Source: a virus
Taxonomy: Duplodnaviria > Caudoviricetes
IMG/VR virus record: IMGVR_UViG_3300022912_000011
Coordinates: 1 to 54,461 of that record
Strand: one strand, 5' to 3'
Length of the DNA: 54,461 bases
Within the stretch, counting starts at the first letter, position 1; each line of letters opens with the position of its first letter. Position numbers and translations under genes: made by a program. The notes beneath the pieces are model-generated. The model was not told the DNA's origin. It was given only the letters and a program-made list of their open reading frames with translations, and searched no databases. Shown one piece after another: positions 1 through 8,596 of the stretch.

Positions 1-256
1 ATCTTCTCCAATTGTGGAACATCACATCTACATCTGTCTGCTTCTGAATGTTACTGCCTGTGGCTACATCAAGTCCTGCTTTCTTTAACGAGTTACGCAC
101 TATATGTCCCGAACTGCTCAAGAATAATCTACCTGTTGCATCCTCTTGCTGTTGAACAGTTCGCCCTATCACTAGGATTTCTTTTTCAAACTTTCCTTGT
201 GGTCGCATCCTAGGATTGATTAGCGTATCTACTTGTTCGTGACAGGCACACTTCAT
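1..256 (-). CDS. Partial CDS (runs off the window edge): family-4 uracil-DNA glycosylase-like N-terminal domain, possibly of an SPO1-type DNA polymerase
   Basis: Not in ORF track. ATG at 256 overlaps the upstream stop (ATGA). Translation MKCACHEQ...GKFEKEILVIGRTVQQQEDATGRLFLSSSGHIVRNSLKKAGLD resembles the UDG-F4 pattern G..a.i.lIGEaPG..ED..GrpFvG.aG.ll...L...Gl. Confidence 0.6.
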   Translation of the reverse strand, partial: MKCACHEQVDTLINPRMRPQGKFEKEILVIGRTVQQQEDATGRLFLSSSGHIVRNSLKKAGLDVATGSNIQKQTDVDVMFHNWRR

Positions 257-750
257 CGTAACGTCCCCCGCGCAGTGTCATATACGGCAGGTTCTGATCT
301 AGCTTCTTCAGTCTCGTCCATCCATGCTGTACCAAATTCAAGCGGGGCAATAGGTTGAGGAATAGCCTCTCTTGCTCTAGCGGCTCTCTCATTCATATTC
401 CTTGTTGGCCTAGTTGTCCTCATTATCGTTTCTGCTTGCTGAAGGTTATGAGGCAGAGTAGCTACTGCTCTGGCAACCTGTCCAGTCTCCGTGCCAGAAG
501 GCTCCTCACTACATAAACGAAACGGCAACCCTCCTACAAACTGACTCACAATTTGGTAACTCAAGTCAGAGTGTAACAAGGGATGGTTGTCGGGGTCTTC
601 TGTCATTACCCTCCATAGCCTTTCACATTTCTTAGTCCTACACTTGTACACAAGCTTGCCAATAACATTTGCTTCCGGGTAAACTATTGAGTCGAAAACT
701 AAGCTGTAGTTCTTACACTTTTCACACCAGATTACTAATTGACTATCCAC
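253..750 (-). CDS. Hypothetical Zn-ribbon protein
   Basis: ORF 253-792. More likely start is GTG at 750 after an AGGAGG SD, because the ATG at 792 lies inside the promoter. CEKC...CRTKKC motifs. Confidence 0.65.
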   Translation of the reverse strand: MDSQLVIWCEKCKNYSLVFDSIVYPEANVIGKLVYKCRTKKCERLWRVMTEDPDNHPLLHSDLSYQIVSQFVGGLPFRLCSEEPSGTETGQVARAVATLPHNLQQAETIMRTTRPTRNMNERAARAREAIPQPIAPLEFGTAWMDETEEARSEPAVYDTARGTLR

Positions 751-780
751 GTTTCCTCCTTGTTGGTTGAGTGGGAGCAT

Positions 781-809
781 AGTATAATACATTCGGGTGG
801 GTTTGTCAA
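781..809 (-). promoter_or_regulatory. Sigma70-type promoter (leftward)
   Basis: TTGACA (809-804), 17 nt, TATACT (786-781). Confidence 0.8.
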
Positions 810-996
810 GGTTTATTTTTTCGGGTGGTGTCCCTTACTTATAACTTAGTTACTTAGTTAATTAATAAAGACCGATAGAGTATATACGAAGTATATACGA
901 AAGAGGTATATAGGTTCTTAAGGTTTATCTTAGTTACGTAAAGGGCAGTGCATTATAATGCATCACATATAGGTCAATAATAAACCTTGACAAACC
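800..996. repeat. 18-bp perfect inverted repeat flanking an AT-rich core with short repeats
   Basis: GGTTTGTCAAGGTTTATT (800-817) / AATAAACCTTGACAAACC (979-996). Inside: CTTAGTTA and GTATATA repeats, palindrome TGCATTATAATGCA (949-962). Confidence 0.85.
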
Positions 997-1015
997 TAGG
1001 CAAGTGTGTTATCTT
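987..1015 (+). promoter_or_regulatory. Sigma70-type promoter (rightward) for the helicase operon
   Basis: TTGACA (987-992), 17 nt ending TGTGT, TATCTT (1010-1015). Confidence 0.75.
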
Positions 1016-1099
1016 GTTAGCCACGTTACATCACAGCAGCAATCGTATTGAGATTAATGCTTTCTAACTACAGAAATGCCAACACGAAAGGAGATTTAG

Positions 1100-1576
1100 A
1101 TGGGAGCCGCAAGAGACAGAATCAAGAAGGAGACACGGAAGAAAGCTCGACAGGAAGAGGCCGCTAAAATAGAGGCTCAACCTGCTGAAGTCAAAGAAGT
1201 TACAATCGCTGGCGAGGAACTACAGGAGAAGAAGATTGAAATCTTTGACAAACTTGAAGAGATTAAAACAACCACGCAGTCCACCGGGAATGTTTACAGT
1301 TCATCGGGCATGGCTCTGGATGCGTTGTTTGATTTGTGTGAGGCATTGGAAGGATTCTTCGAAGACATATCCTCAATGATTATTGCACTGGATGAGAAGA
1401 TAGGTAAGGTGCAGAATGAAAACGCAAAGAGAAATAAAGCAAGCGGCAAGCAAGCAGGGCAGGGAGACAAAGCTAAGAGCAAGGCGACAAGCGAGAAAGA
1501 CAGTAAAGGCAAGCAACGAGACAGCAAGGAAGCACCGAAAAATAGTGAAGAAGAAAACCAAAAGGACACGGACTAA
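1100..1576 (+). CDS. Hypothetical coiled-coil protein with charged low-complexity tail
   Basis: 158-aa ORF with GAAAGGAG SD, first gene after the promoter. Confidence 0.75.
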   Translation: MGAARDRIKKETRKKARQEEAAKIEAQPAEVKEVTIAGEELQEKKIEIFDKLEEIKTTTQSTGNVYSSSGMALDALFDLCEALEGFFEDISSMIIALDEKIGKVQNENAKRNKASGKQAGQGDKAKSKATSEKDSKGKQRDSKEAPKNSEEENQKDTD

Positions 1577-1597
1577 GCAAAAGTGAAAGGAGCGTAA

Positions 1598-2983
1598 ATG
1601 CCAGAACAAAAGAGGTTGGCCTTATCAGGATTCGTAACAGATTACATCGTGTACACTGCCATTCATGATGATGAGTTTCTCAAGTCAGTGAGGCAGATAC
1701 TCCCGGCAAGAGTGTTTGACAGTTCAGCAGTAGAGCATTGTGTCACAATCTGTTATGACTTCTTTGATAAGTACCAACGTGCGCCAAAGGACGTATTCAT
1801 TGAGTTGGTTAAAGACCGTAAGGCTAAGATGGATGAGACTGAATTTAATTTGTTGAAGATGTATCTTAAACAGTTGGCTACTAAGGATATGTCGGAACAT
1901 GACCGAGAGTATGTCATGGATAGGTTGAACAAGGAACTTGTTGACCTTACCTTCTGCCGTAACATAGACAGCATCAGAGACTTGGCTAACGATGGGAAGA
2001 TAGAAGAAGCTAAGTCAGTAGCACTTGGTTCGTTCCGCTCCGTACTGCCTACATCATCGGGAGCAATGGACTACTTTGAAGATTTCTCCGTAGCATTGGA
2101 TAGGAATTTTGAGGAAGACTTTATGATGCCAACCGGACATCTTGAACTGGATAAGCTTATTGGTGGGTTCAAGAAACAGAATTTCATCTGCTGGTTTGGC
2201 CCATACAAGGGGGGCAAGACATGGTGTCTACAGCACATGGCTAAGACAGCATTGATGCATGGCCTCAACGTGTACCATGCCAGTTTTGAAGTTCCACAGG
2301 GAGAGATGCAGTTAAGATATGATCAGATGTTTGGGCGATTGGTTAACGCACCATCTAAGAGAGAGATAGAAATGGTAGTGCAGGATGATCATAGGCGGCC
2401 TATCATAGTACAGAAGGAGATGCCATCAGTCTATGACAGGGCAGAGTGGACAAAGGCAAGAGAGAAGATGTCCAAGTACGGTGGAAAGCTAATGATTGAG
2501 AAGTTCCCGCCATACACAGGAGCCAGTATCCTTGACATAGAAGACAGGATAGTTTATTATGAGCAAGCACATGGCATTAAGTTTGATATTGTGATAACAG
2601 ATTATGCAGACTTGATGAAGCCTATAGATGGACGGAAGGACACAAGAGATCAGCTTAACATAACCTATATGCTTCACAAGATGTTAGCAGACAAGTACAA
2701 TATGACGGTGTTCACAGTCTCGCAGGTACAGAGGGGAGCTATTGAAGCTCCAATCATCAAGATGAATAACCTTGCGGAAGACATTAGGAAAGCGGCTAAT
2801 GCTGATGCCTGTATAGCTATCTGCCGTTCAGCAGAGGACAAGGCCAGACACTTCAAGCGACTGTTCGTAGCTGGTGGTAGAGGGTTCGCTGATGGTGTAG
2901 GGTGTGGAGCATACGACAACTTAGGCATAGGGCAATGGTCAGAGTGGTCAGTGCCATTTTCGTTTGCGGGGGATGATGATTAG
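1598..2983 (+). CDS. Replicative DNA helicase, DnaB-like (SF4)
   Basis: Walker A GPYKGGKT, H1a SFE, Walker B IVITDYADLM, H3 VSQVQR, H4 ANAD. Confidence 0.9.
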   Translation: MPEQKRLALSGFVTDYIVYTAIHDDEFLKSVRQILPARVFDSSAVEHCVTICYDFFDKYQRAPKDVFIELVKDRKAKMDETEFNLLKMYLKQLATKDMSEHDREYVMDRLNKELVDLTFCRNIDSIRDLANDGKIEEAKSVALGSFRSVLPTSSGAMDYFEDFSVALDRNFEEDFMMPTGHLELDKLIGGFKKQNFICWFGPYKGGKTWCLQHMAKTALMHGLNVYHASFEVPQGEMQLRYDQMFGRLVNAPSKREIEMVVQDDHRRPIIVQKEMPSVYDRAEWTKAREKMSKYGGKLMIEKFPPYTGASILDIEDRIVYYEQAHGIKFDIVITDYADLMKPIDGRKDTRDQLNITYMLHKMLADKYNMTVFTVSQVQRGAIEAPIIKMNNLAEDIRKAANADACIAICRSAEDKARHFKRLFVAGGRGFADGVGCGAYDNLGIGQWSEWSVPFSFAGDDD

Positions 2984-4439
2984 TAGTTATGACTATAAGG
3001 CACTGAGTCCAGAGGATACAGACAAGTTGTTAGGCAAGATGTCTAAGAGGTTCACTACCAAGCCCATGCATCATCAGTCAGTGGCAATGCTATTCGCCAT
3101 TGACCGTGATGCTGTAGGTTTGTTCTTTGACATTGGAGTAGGTAAGTCCTTGACAGCACTGTACATATCTAAGTACATATGGAAGGCCAAACGAATTTTA
3201 GTGGTATGTCCTAACTATTCCATCATGAAAACTTGGGAAGAGCAGACACGAGAACATACCTCGTATAACGTCCATATCTTAGATATGAGCAACGAACGTA
3301 GGAAAAAGGCACTGAGGGATACCCGGAGAGAAGAAGGTGTGTGGGTACTTACTTATAGCGGAGCTAGGAGTATTTTCACACAGAAGCAGGTAGTAAATGG
3401 TAAGTCTTTGCTATATATTGATGAAGACTTTATAGATTCTTTAGGGTTTGATGCTGTAGTGTATGACGAGTCACATCATATCAAGAACCATGATACAGAT
3501 CAGACGATAGCATGTTGCAATCTTGCAGTACGGATTCCTAAAGCCATAGTAATGAGTGGCACACCAGCTTCGGAGAACTATCTTAACCTATGGTCACAGA
3601 TATATTGTCTTGATGGCGGTCAACGATTGGGTAGGAACTTCTTTGGGTTCAGATATAAATATTTCTATGAGGCATTTCACAAGTGGAAGATGAAGGCAGG
3701 GGCAGGGAAGCAGATACTTAATAAGATAGACGACATAGTATTATCCTATGCTCAAGAGGAATGCTTTGACCTACCTGACTTGGTATTTGAGAAGAGGCAT
3801 ACTCTCATAAGCAATGAGCAGAGAGAGAAGTATGATGAAGCCCATGAGGGATTAGTCAAGCTTATGCATGGTGGACAGGTACGGATTGATACCATGCTCA
3901 AACTCATATCTAAAATGAGTCAGATAAGTAATGGCTTTATATATGATGATAAGAAAGAGCCAGAATATTATAACGATATTCCTAAAGCTAAAGAGCTTCG
4001 CAAGGTAGTGGAAGAGTGCTGGCATAGGGGTGGTAAGATCATAGTGTACCATCGGTTCCATGCTGATAGGGAGATAATCAGGAAGTCATTGAAGGGACTG
4101 AAGGGAGTGGAGTATGTAGAGTCTAGTGCAGACTTGGCTAAGAAGTGGGATAAGATACAGAAGAATAAGATGCCAAAGGTAGTAGTCACTACCCCTAATG
4201 TGTTTGGAGAGGGAGTTAATTTTACTGTGGCTGATACGATAATCTTCTATTCACAGGATTATTCGGGAGAGAAAAGGAGTCAGGCCATAGGCAGGATACA
4301 TCGGAAGGGACAAGAAAAAAAATGCCTCGTCATTGATATGCTCAACGAACATACCATTGACGAGGACATTTTGCACATAGCTATGGGAAAACTAGGTACA
4401 ATTCAGGAAATCAAAGACTATTTTATAACTGAGTTCTAG
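2973..4439 (+). CDS. SNF2-family (SF2) helicase/translocase
   Basis: DIGVGKS, VVCP, DESHHIKN, MSGTP, GEGVNF, QAIGRIHRKGQ. Start could be 2964, 2973 or 2976. Confidence 0.9.
   Translation: MMISSYDYKALSPEDTDKLLGKMSKRFTTKPMHHQSVAMLFAIDRDAVGLFFDIGVGKSLTALYISKYIWKAKRILVVCPNYSIMKTWEEQTREHTSYNVHILDMSNERRKKALRDTRREEGVWVLTYSGARSIFTQKQVVNGKSLLYIDEDFIDSLGFDAVVYDESHHIKNHDTDQTIACCNLAVRIPKAIVMSGTPASENYLNLWSQIYCLDGGQRLGRNFFGFRYKYFYEAFHKWKMKAGAGKQILNKIDDIVLSYAQEECFDLPDLVFEKRHTLISNEQREKYDEAHEGLVKLMHGGQVRIDTMLKLISKMSQISNGFIYDDKKEPEYYNDIPKAKELRKVVEECWHRGGKIIVYHRFHADREIIRKSLKGLKGVEYVESSADLAKKWDKIQKNKMPKVVVTTPNVFGEGVNFTVADTIIFYSQDYSGEKRSQAIGRIHRKGQEKKCLVIDMLNEHTIDEDILHIAMGKLGTIQEIKDYFITEF
4315..4372 (-). terminator. 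Long intrinsic terminator for minus-strand transcript, embedded in the SNF2 coding sequence
   Basis: Minus strand AAAATGTCCTCGTCAATGGTATGTTC-gtt-GAGCATATCAATGACGAGGCATTTTTTTT; G-U pairs form on the minus strand; 8-U tail. Confidence 0.6.
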
Positions 4440-4507
4440 CTACATCCTCTCCTCAAGTGTGGTCATAACAGCATCAAGGTTCTCGTTCAAAATTGTCTCC
4501 TAGAAAA

Positions 4508-4834
4508 TTATTCTTCCACGATGATAATTGTTTCAGGAGAAACGTAGAAGGTATCGACAATGACAGGAGCAGGGTATTTGCTCAACTCCTTTTCCATGTC
4601 CTGTATCTTTAGCATAAGCTCTTTGTTTTTGGAAGCAAGGGCGTCCCTATCTGCTACTCTGTCTTGAATGCTGTCTGCTGCCACTGCCATTAGCAGACAG
4701 AAGAAGGCTATAGCCAGGATTAATGGCACAAGTTTCCAGCTTTCAGTTTCACACATCACGGCAAAGCCAATGAAAATAGCAATGCCAGCTAGTATCGTCA
4801 TTACTATTTGAGCGTTACAAAAGAATTCTGCCAT
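4508..4834 (-). CDS. Two-TM membrane protein with C-terminal coiled coil
   Basis: Two hydrophobic helices; AAGGAG SD before ATG 4834. Confidence 0.7.
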   Translation of the reverse strand: MAEFFCNAQIVMTILAGIAIFIGFAVMCETESWKLVPLILAIAFFCLLMAVAADSIQDRVADRDALASKNKELMLKIQDMEKELSKYPAPVIVDTFYVSPETIIIVEE

Positions 4835-4873
4835 GTTAGGCTCTTTATAGTTGGTACTCGTGTTCAAGATAGT

Positions 4874-5311
4874 TTAGTAGCATCCTGCTTCTATAGCTTG
4901 GAGCAGGGGACAGTCAGCCGGAACTCCCACAACATCGGAAGGTGGTGTCCTTATAGAGTCTGTCAGATGGGCGAGGGTGGCCTCTTCAGTGAGATTGAGG
5001 CCAAGTATCTTGATATAAGCCCCCTCTCTCTTGTAGCACACCTTACAGAAATCTCCTGCTTCGGATGAATTGCAGTAGAAGATAGTGCCACACTCAGGAC
5101 AGTAGAGCAGTCGAGTCTGGCAGATGGTTTGCTTTTCCATCTTCGCCAGTATCTTGTTAAAATGAGCGGCACTGGCATTTTTCCTTTCATTGGCTGTTTT
5201 GGTAAAAGCTGCATGACATTCATGGCATATGTTCATCTTGCCAAACGGATATGAGGGATCGGCAAAGTAAATCTTGGTATTGCAGATGGGACAGATTTCA
5301 TACGGAGGCAT
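4874..5311 (-). CDS. Hypothetical double Zn-finger protein
   Basis: CPIC/CHEC and CPEC/CKVC pairs; GGGAG SD. Confidence 0.75.
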   Translation of the reverse strand: MPPYEICPICNTKIYFADPSYPFGKMNICHECHAAFTKTANERKNASAAHFNKILAKMEKQTICQTRLLYCPECGTIFYCNSSEAGDFCKVCYKREGAYIKILGLNLTEEATLAHLTDSIRTPPSDVVGVPADCPLLQAIEAGCY

Positions 5312-5338
5312 AGGTGTAACTCCCTTGTTGTTGGGGTA

Positions 5339-6052
5339 CTACGATAATTGAAGAGCGTCCACTAGTCCTTCATTCTGTTTATTGTTTTCTTTCCTTTCTT
5401 GAGCTTCCATTTGTTCAAGATGTTCAAAATCTTTGGCTTTGAGTTTCCATCTAATCCTGTGACCTCTAGCATTAAACAGATGAGGACAACTGGTAGCTAC
5501 AATTCCTTCAGCTTTTTTATTCTTATCCTCAGAAATACTGCTACAGAAAAGAGATTTGGCCTCTTCTATTGCATCGTCAGTAGACATGACTCCAATCCAA
5601 GGCACACATTTTATGTGCAGAGTTTTAGCCATAGTCATAACATCTTCACACGGAAGCCAGTAATCGTGGTTCCAATTATACACATCGAAGAGGATAAAGT
5701 CTTGATCTTCCTTAATATATCCTCCCCCCTTCTGTATCCCTGCTCCGTATCCTTCTCCAAATAAGGTAAGCTTATCCAATCCAAGCTGAGATGCCATGTG
5801 AGGATAGTTGAACTGAGCATGTAAAGACTTCATCAGATTGACAGGCATTTGCGCTCGGTCAGTCCTTCCATTAAATGTGACTTTCTCTTCTTTATGGTCA
5901 TATATAACTCTGACATTCATGCCGTCAATCTTTTCGGTAACGTTCCAATGATTAATGGAACCAAACTCAGGCATGGAAAGTTCACCGGGAATGATAATTC
6001 CCTTCTTGCTCATGTCTCTTTTCCAAAGAGATTGTATTTTAGGGTAGAACAA
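5339..6052 (-). CDS. RNA ligase (Rnl2-like nucleotidyltransferase)
   Basis: Motif I TEKIDG, III LFGEGYG, IIIa FILFDV, IV EGIV, V KLKAKDF; no OB domain; TTG start after AGGAG. Confidence 0.85.
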   Translation of the reverse strand: MFYPKIQSLWKRDMSKKGIIIPGELSMPEFGSINHWNVTEKIDGMNVRVIYDHKEEKVTFNGRTDRAQMPVNLMKSLHAQFNYPHMASQLGLDKLTLFGEGYGAGIQKGGGYIKEDQDFILFDVYNWNHDYWLPCEDVMTMAKTLHIKCVPWIGVMSTDDAIEEAKSLFCSSISEDKNKKAEGIVATSCPHLFNARGHRIRWKLKAKDFEHLEQMEAQERKENNKQNEGLVDALQLS

Positions 6053-6120
6053 ATCAGTCTCCTATTTTGGAAAGTTTTCTTCGATAAATAAGCGAGCCTC
6101 TGTAAAGAGGGCTTTCACAA

Positions 6121-6282
6121 TTAGGTAGTCTCCTGATATTTTTCTGTGCATTTCAGTTGGTTAACGTTTTGAATGATTTGAATTTGTGTAGCAATCTCTT
6201 CCAAATCTTCAATCGCCATTTGATTGTAGTCTGCTTCTAGTATTACTTGGGTAAACTCTGCTCTTAGTTTTTCCTCGTCCAT
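6121..6282 (-). CDS. Small hypothetical protein (53 aa)
   Basis: Not in ORF track: MDEEKLRAEFTQVILEADYNQMAIEDLEEIATQIQ...; follows primase stop, AAGGTAGG SD-like. Confidence 0.55.
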   Translation of the reverse strand: MDEEKLRAEFTQVILEADYNQMAIEDLEEIATQIQIIQNVNQLKCTEKYQETT

Positions 6283-6286
6283 CTGC

Positions 6287-7393
6287 CTACCTTTCTAGTT
6301 TGGTAACATCTTCAATTGCCTTCCATCCATCGTAGAAGTCGAGTAAAGCACAGCTAATCCCATCATCCTTGTTGTGTGTCATGTAATCATTTGGGTCTGG
6401 CACTCCTTGAGGCCACTTGACAGGGAACACTTTAACTTTGTCAGGGAGAATCAATCTCAATGAGCTTACTATCTTCACATTCTCATCGTACTTATCCCTG
6501 TCTAAAGCTACAGGCACAAAGATAGGGGAACGCTTACCCTGATTTGTATCCAGTAAAGCAGTAATGATTACGCCTAACTGAAGCTGCTGCTGATCTGACA
6601 TATGACTGCCGCCAATGCCAAGAGGACATACAACAGTATCAATAAGGGAATCTCCATAAGGCTCACATAAAGAAAGAACATCAAACATTCCTTCTACTAT
6701 GGGAATAATGATGCCTTCAGAATATTCATCTGTTTCTGGATTAGTGAATAGATATTTATGAAGGAAAGACAGACCAATAAATCCTTTGGTCATTTGAGTT
6801 CCTTCTTCATATAGATACTTTCTTTTCTCATCATTGGTTGATCTTCCTACTGCCCCAACATCAATGACTTGTCCATCCTTGAACTGCTCTATTGGAGCAG
6901 ATATTCTTCCTTCCCAGTTTGCCCCAGTGCCAATGAAGAGGTTATATCTGTGTACTGCTATCATTGTATCGTCCAAATTATCTCCCGGTTCAATAATCTT
7001 TCTTAGTTCGAGATAAGCTTTAAGCTTTGCCATTGCCATAGGTGGAACAGGATGTGTTCCCGGTATTAATCGTAAAGCCGTTCTCCTTTCTTTGCTTTCT
7101 TTATTGTATTTGCTTTTGATCTCATCTCTTGATATGATGAATGGCTCAAAGGATTGTCGAATTAATTGTAGCTCATCTTCAGCTACCCCAAACTTTTCCA
7201 TCAGTTTAGCTATCCAGCCCTTCTCTCCACACACCCAACACTTGAATCCACCTGACTTTAAGTTAATCCCTAAATGATAGTCAGGCTTTTGACAATAGGG
7301 ACATCTCCATGCCCCTACCCATCCTTCTGTCTGGTTAGGATGATTATGCTCATACCTGACATGATATCTGTTTAATATCTGAAGTACATTCAT
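6287..7393 (-). CDS. DNA primase (Zn-binding domain + TOPRIM)
   Basis: CPYC...CWVC zinc domain, IVEGMFD, ALDRD, DPNDY. Confidence 0.88.
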   Translation of the reverse strand: MNVLQILNRYHVRYEHNHPNQTEGWVGAWRCPYCQKPDYHLGINLKSGGFKCWVCGEKGWIAKLMEKFGVAEDELQLIRQSFEPFIISRDEIKSKYNKESKERRTALRLIPGTHPVPPMAMAKLKAYLELRKIIEPGDNLDDTMIAVHRYNLFIGTGANWEGRISAPIEQFKDGQVIDVGAVGRSTNDEKRKYLYEEGTQMTKGFIGLSFLHKYLFTNPETDEYSEGIIIPIVEGMFDVLSLCEPYGDSLIDTVVCPLGIGGSHMSDQQQLQLGVIITALLDTNQGKRSPIFVPVALDRDKYDENVKIVSSLRLILPDKVKVFPVKWPQGVPDPNDYMTHNKDDGISCALLDFYDGWKAIEDVTKLER

Positions 7394-7674
7394 GTGTCAT
7401 ACTTTCGAAAGCTGGGCGGAACAGTAGGAGCAACCTTGCCTCTGCTAAAGTTACCGGGAACTATTTGTTTAGGTGCTATCCTAGCTAGGATAGTGACTTT
7501 ACTTCCTTCCAAAGTACGCAGAATGAATCTGTCAGGATGTTTTTTAATCTCTTCGTAGACTGCTTGAATAGATGTGCCTTCGTAATTAGAAAGTCCTACT
7601 ATAGTCTTCCAATCAGTACTGGATTTCTTAATCTCTTCTACAGAAATCTCTCTGTACCGTGTGTGTTTTCCCAT
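7390..7674 (-). CDS. Hypothetical protein
   Basis: 94-aa ORF, AGGAG SD, ATGA overlap with primase. Confidence 0.65.
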   Translation of the reverse strand: MGKHTRYREISVEEIKKSSTDWKTIVGLSNYEGTSIQAVYEEIKKHPDRFILRTLEGSKVTILARIAPKQIVPGNFSRGKVAPTVPPSFRKYDT

Positions 7675-7896
7675 TTAGTTTCTCCTTCCTGAAAATAAAT
7701 CAAACTCTTCTTCAGCATTCTCTTTTGAAATCTGTTCTGGAAACACAAACTCATCCATAAATCGTGTTTTTACAAATTTATAATAATCTGTTTGTGTTTC
7801 TGATTCCTTTAGCATATATAGAAAGTTAATTAACTCTGATGTTTGTATATGACTGATCATACCTTTTTCTTGTTTGATTATTAAATCAGGTTTCAT
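7675..7896 (-). CDS. Hypothetical protein
   Basis: 73-aa ORF with AAGGA SD, abutting next gene. Confidence 0.6.
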   Translation of the reverse strand: MKPDLIIKQEKGMISHIQTSELINFLYMLKESETQTDYYKFVKTRFMDEFVFPEQISKENAEEEFDLFSGRRN

Positions 7897-7923
7897 ATGA
7901 AGTCCTTGGCTTGGTATATTTTA

Positions 7924-8048
7924 AAAAGGGGAGCGTCCAATAACTGAGTGCAAATAAGAATAACACAAGAATAACCATAAACTTGTGGGTGTTCAGTTAT
8001 ATAGCTAGAAGTGAGCAACTACTAGTAAGTAGAGGACGCTCCCCTTTT
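7924..8048. ncRNA. Candidate structured RNA or multibranched terminator downstream of the Ubl gene
   Basis: 15-bp perfect closing stem AAAAGGGGAGCGTCC/GGACGCTCCCCTTTT; internal stems ATAACTGA/TCAGTTAT, CACAAG/CTTGTG, CTACT/AGTAG. Confidence 0.55.
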
Positions 8049-8079
8049 ATCTCATGCTATAGGCATGTGCCTTTCTTAG

Positions 8080-8526
8080 TTAGTTATTGCCTTTTGCATT
8101 GAAGGCGAACAGGATTTCATCCCCTGCCTTGATTATGGTAGAGAGTTTGGAATCCTCGTTGTTCACGCAGACATTCATTCCTTCCATGTCCTTTGCGCGA
8201 ACTTCCGCCAGTTTCGCCACATCCTCCACTGTAAAGGCTCCATCCTTTACACCAGCGAGGGGCAGCATGACCGTGGTTCCGTCCCCCGGCACTTTCGATA
8301 CCTTGATAGCAACCTGTTCAGCATTGCCCTTGGCATCATCGGCTACCGATATAGCATCCCCATCCTCGACAGGGGCATCCAGATCGGTATCGTTACCATT
8401 AAGCTGGACATCCTGACCGTCAACCTCAAGCTGTCCTTTCTTCAGGACATCAGCCACGGAAGCTCCTTCAGCAACAGTAACGTCCAACACATCACCGGGA
8501 ACCATGATCAGGGTAATCTTTGCCAT
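8080..8526 (-). CDS. Tandem di-ubiquitin-like (ThiS/MoaD beta-grasp) protein
   Basis: Two repeats of xxVPGD...(S/T)VxDV...VxxN...L...(D/A)GDxI...AKGN, a typical ThiS/MoaD/Ubl pattern; next to E1 and JAB. Confidence 0.85.
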   Translation of the reverse strand: MAKITLIMVPGDVLDVTVAEGASVADVLKKGQLEVDGQDVQLNGNDTDLDAPVEDGDAISVADDAKGNAEQVAIKVSKVPGDGTTVMLPLAGVKDGAFTVEDVAKLAEVRAKDMEGMNVCVNNEDSKLSTIIKAGDEILFAFNAKGNN

Positions 8527-8596
8527 AATAGTTTAAACCTTTCGTTATGTTTCGGCACTACATTAATCCAACAATGTACATACATCTGACCTTGAC

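Noticed and set aside
7924-8048. tRNA or retron msr-msd
   Set aside because: No T-loop GTTC or D-loop consensus, and no reverse transcriptase in the window.
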